A stretch of DNA of 56,698 bases, taken from a virus (Duplodnaviria; Caudoviricetes). The notes below the pieces were generated by a model that was given only the letters and a program-made list of their open reading frames with translations, ran no database searches and was not told the DNA's origin. The stretch covers positions 1 through 56,698 of IMG/VR virus record IMGVR_UViG_3300044646_000655. One strand, given 5' to 3'. The translations under genes and the position numbers were made by a program. Shown here in pieces: positions 55,010-56,698 of this stretch; the first letter of the stretch is position 1; every line of letters begins with the position of its first letter.

Positions 55010-56353
55010 ATGTCTACTATCTCAAACTTGCCTTTAAGTCAATCACTTTTGCTTAAAGGTCTTTCATTGCCAAATAAAATGGCGATGGTTTATAGCCAAG
55101 ACTTCGGCTATAACGTCTTGACCCAGTTGACTTCTAAACTAGCTTCTTCTATTTCTACTCCACAAGCTAAAGTAGAGATTAGCTCTTTAGGAAACTTGGG
55201 TGTTTACTCTAAAATTACTACTAACGGTACTGCTGTAGGAAGCGGACTTTTGGTTACTATTCTTGATGCTTCTAAATTCCGTATCGGTGACATCGTTGCT
55301 GATGGAAACTTGGTTCAAGCAATTGTAACTGGTGTTGATTATACTGCTAATCAAATCACTATTGCTCCTCATAGCACAGCGTCTTTGACTGCTGGTACTC
55401 ACTTCTTGGCTAACCAACAAGCAAAGCGTTTCTTCGATGCTTCTGCTAACCGTTCTTCTACTGGTAAGAGCACTTTGAACTACACTCCTGATACCGATTA
55501 TGCTTTGACTGCGGTAACTCGTGAAAGTTCACACCAATCTCGTAGAGATCGTATTGCTTCTTTCGTAAAGTGGAATGGCGATTTTTGGTGGAGATCATAT
55601 GACGATTTGACTCTTAAAGCTTTTGCAAAGCAAATGGAGTACAAATATGCGTTCTCTGAGCGTGCTATTCGTACCGGACCTTACGGTGAGTATTACACTA
55701 CTGGTGGTTTGCGTTGGTCAATCATCAACAATGGTGGTTCTTACTTGTCTTTGACTTCTGAGTTAAGTCAGTCTGTGTTCAATGACTTCTTGGAGCAAAT
55801 GGTTCGTGTATCTGCTGAAGGTGGACGTAAACTTGTTGCTTTGATGGGTTCTGCTGCTTTGGCTCGTTTGCAAACTATCTTAGGAGATTACATCAAATAT
55901 GCTGGTACTGCTAACACCTTTGGTGGAACTTCAGTTACAGGTTTGAACGTAATGAAGTATGCTTACGCTGGTATCGAGATTGAATTCGTTCGTTGGGCTT
56001 TATTGGATGACGAGATGTTCCGTGGTGAACTTTCTACCATCAATGGTAAACCTAAGATGAGTAACTCTATCTACTTTATCGACTTGACTCCTATCCCTGC
56101 TGCTGATGGTTCTGGAACTATCGCTGCTCTTCAAAAGTACCACTTCAATAGTGACGAGTTAATCGCTAACTACGTTCCTGGTATGATTGGTCTTGAGACT
56201 AGCGATCCTTCAACTATTAAAGCTGCTTTGAGCGGTGGTACTGTGGCTTCTCTTGGTACTTCTGACGTTGACGGAGTTGACTTCCACATTCTTTCTGACT
56301 GTGGTTTGTATTGTGTTGCAGACAAAATGGGTCTGATTGAATTCGCTATCTAA
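55010..56353 (+). CDS. Major capsid protein
   Basis: 447 aa, strong codon bias, YTTGGL..I motif, position. Confidence 0.75.
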   Translation: MSTISNLPLSQSLLLKGLSLPNKMAMVYSQDFGYNVLTQLTSKLASSISTPQAKVEISSLGNLGVYSKITTNGTAVGSGLLVTILDASKFRIGDIVADGNLVQAIVTGVDYTANQITIAPHSTASLTAGTHFLANQQAKRFFDASANRSSTGKSTLNYTPDTDYALTAVTRESSHQSRRDRIASFVKWNGDFWWRSYDDLTLKAFAKQMEYKYAFSERAIRTGPYGEYYTTGGLRWSIINNGGSYLSLTSELSQSVFNDFLEQMVRVSAEGGRKLVALMGSAALARLQTILGDYIKYAGTANTFGGTSVTGLNVMKYAYAGIEIEFVRWALLDDEMFRGELSTINGKPKMSNSIYFIDLTPIPAADGSGTIAALQKYHFNSDELIANYVPGMIGLETSDPSTIKAALSGGTVASLGTSDVDGVDFHILSDCGLYCVADKMGLIEFAI

Positions 56354-56364
56354 TTTATACTGAA

Positions 56365-56698
56365 ATGTCACAAAAACTTTCATATTTCGTTTTACCTAAT
56401 GGTGGTGCTGCCTCCGTTGCTGGTGATGCCGTTTTCAAAGGCGGTTACTTGAAGATCGGTGGTACTACTGCTGCTTGGTTGGCTTCTCAGCCTGCTGCTA
56501 TTCGTAACCTTTCTATTTCCGTTAACGGATTGAAGAATGGTTTCTTTAAAGCATATGCTGCCGAAGTAGCTCGTGTTATCACTATTACTCCTACTGCTGC
56601 TAACTCAACTGATTATCGTATCACTTTGAGTGCAGAAAAAGGACAAGAGTTTAGCAATAACTTACCTAATGAAGTACAGACTGTGTTCACACACACAA
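56365..56698 (+). CDS. Structural protein (3'-truncated), possible capsid auxiliary protein
   Basis: MSQKLSYFVLPNGG... open to window end; same codon bias as MCP. Confidence 0.6.
   Translation, partial: MSQKLSYFVLPNGGAASVAGDAVFKGGYLKIGGTTAAWLASQPAAIRNLSISVNGLKNGFFKAYAAEVARVITITPTAANSTDYRITLSAEKGQEFSNNLPNEVQTVFTHT

Noticed and set aside
1-56698. Stop-codon reassignment as in some crAss-like phages
   Set aside because: Long genes are intact in code 11 and coding density is high; TAA, TGA and TAG all end genes.

Overview
The window is most of the genome of a tailed dsDNA phage, probably podovirus-like and distantly crAss-like in its terminase, portal and capsid genes. Repeated TAnnTTTG promoter elements point to a Bacteroidota host. 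Plus strand 1-28.7 kb: a 5'-truncated giant virion polyvalent protein, tail-fibre, structural and lysis genes, a cluster of tiny basic proteins, MazG, class II RNR and terminase. Minus strand 28.7-50.4 kb: PolB, primase-helicase, serine recombinase, three C5-methyltransferases, many small early genes, a 1.2 kb non-coding control region or terminus, GroES, YqaJ exonuclease and SSB. Plus strand 50.5 kb to end: HTH regulators, RusA, portal, scaffold and major capsid protein. Most notable observations: (1) in the giant protein, kinase, unknown and methyltransferase modules are each bracketed by an exact SKSQ tetrapeptide just downstream of a zincin protease, suggesting a self-processing injected effector polyprotein; (2) the octamer GGNCTCAG occurs about 45 times by hand count against roughly 2 expected; (3) three anticodon-less tRNA mimics lie in the early region; (4) one C5-MTase has its motif IX/TRD half encoded in an overlapping frame. 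All calls come from reading motifs by eye; no database search was run.
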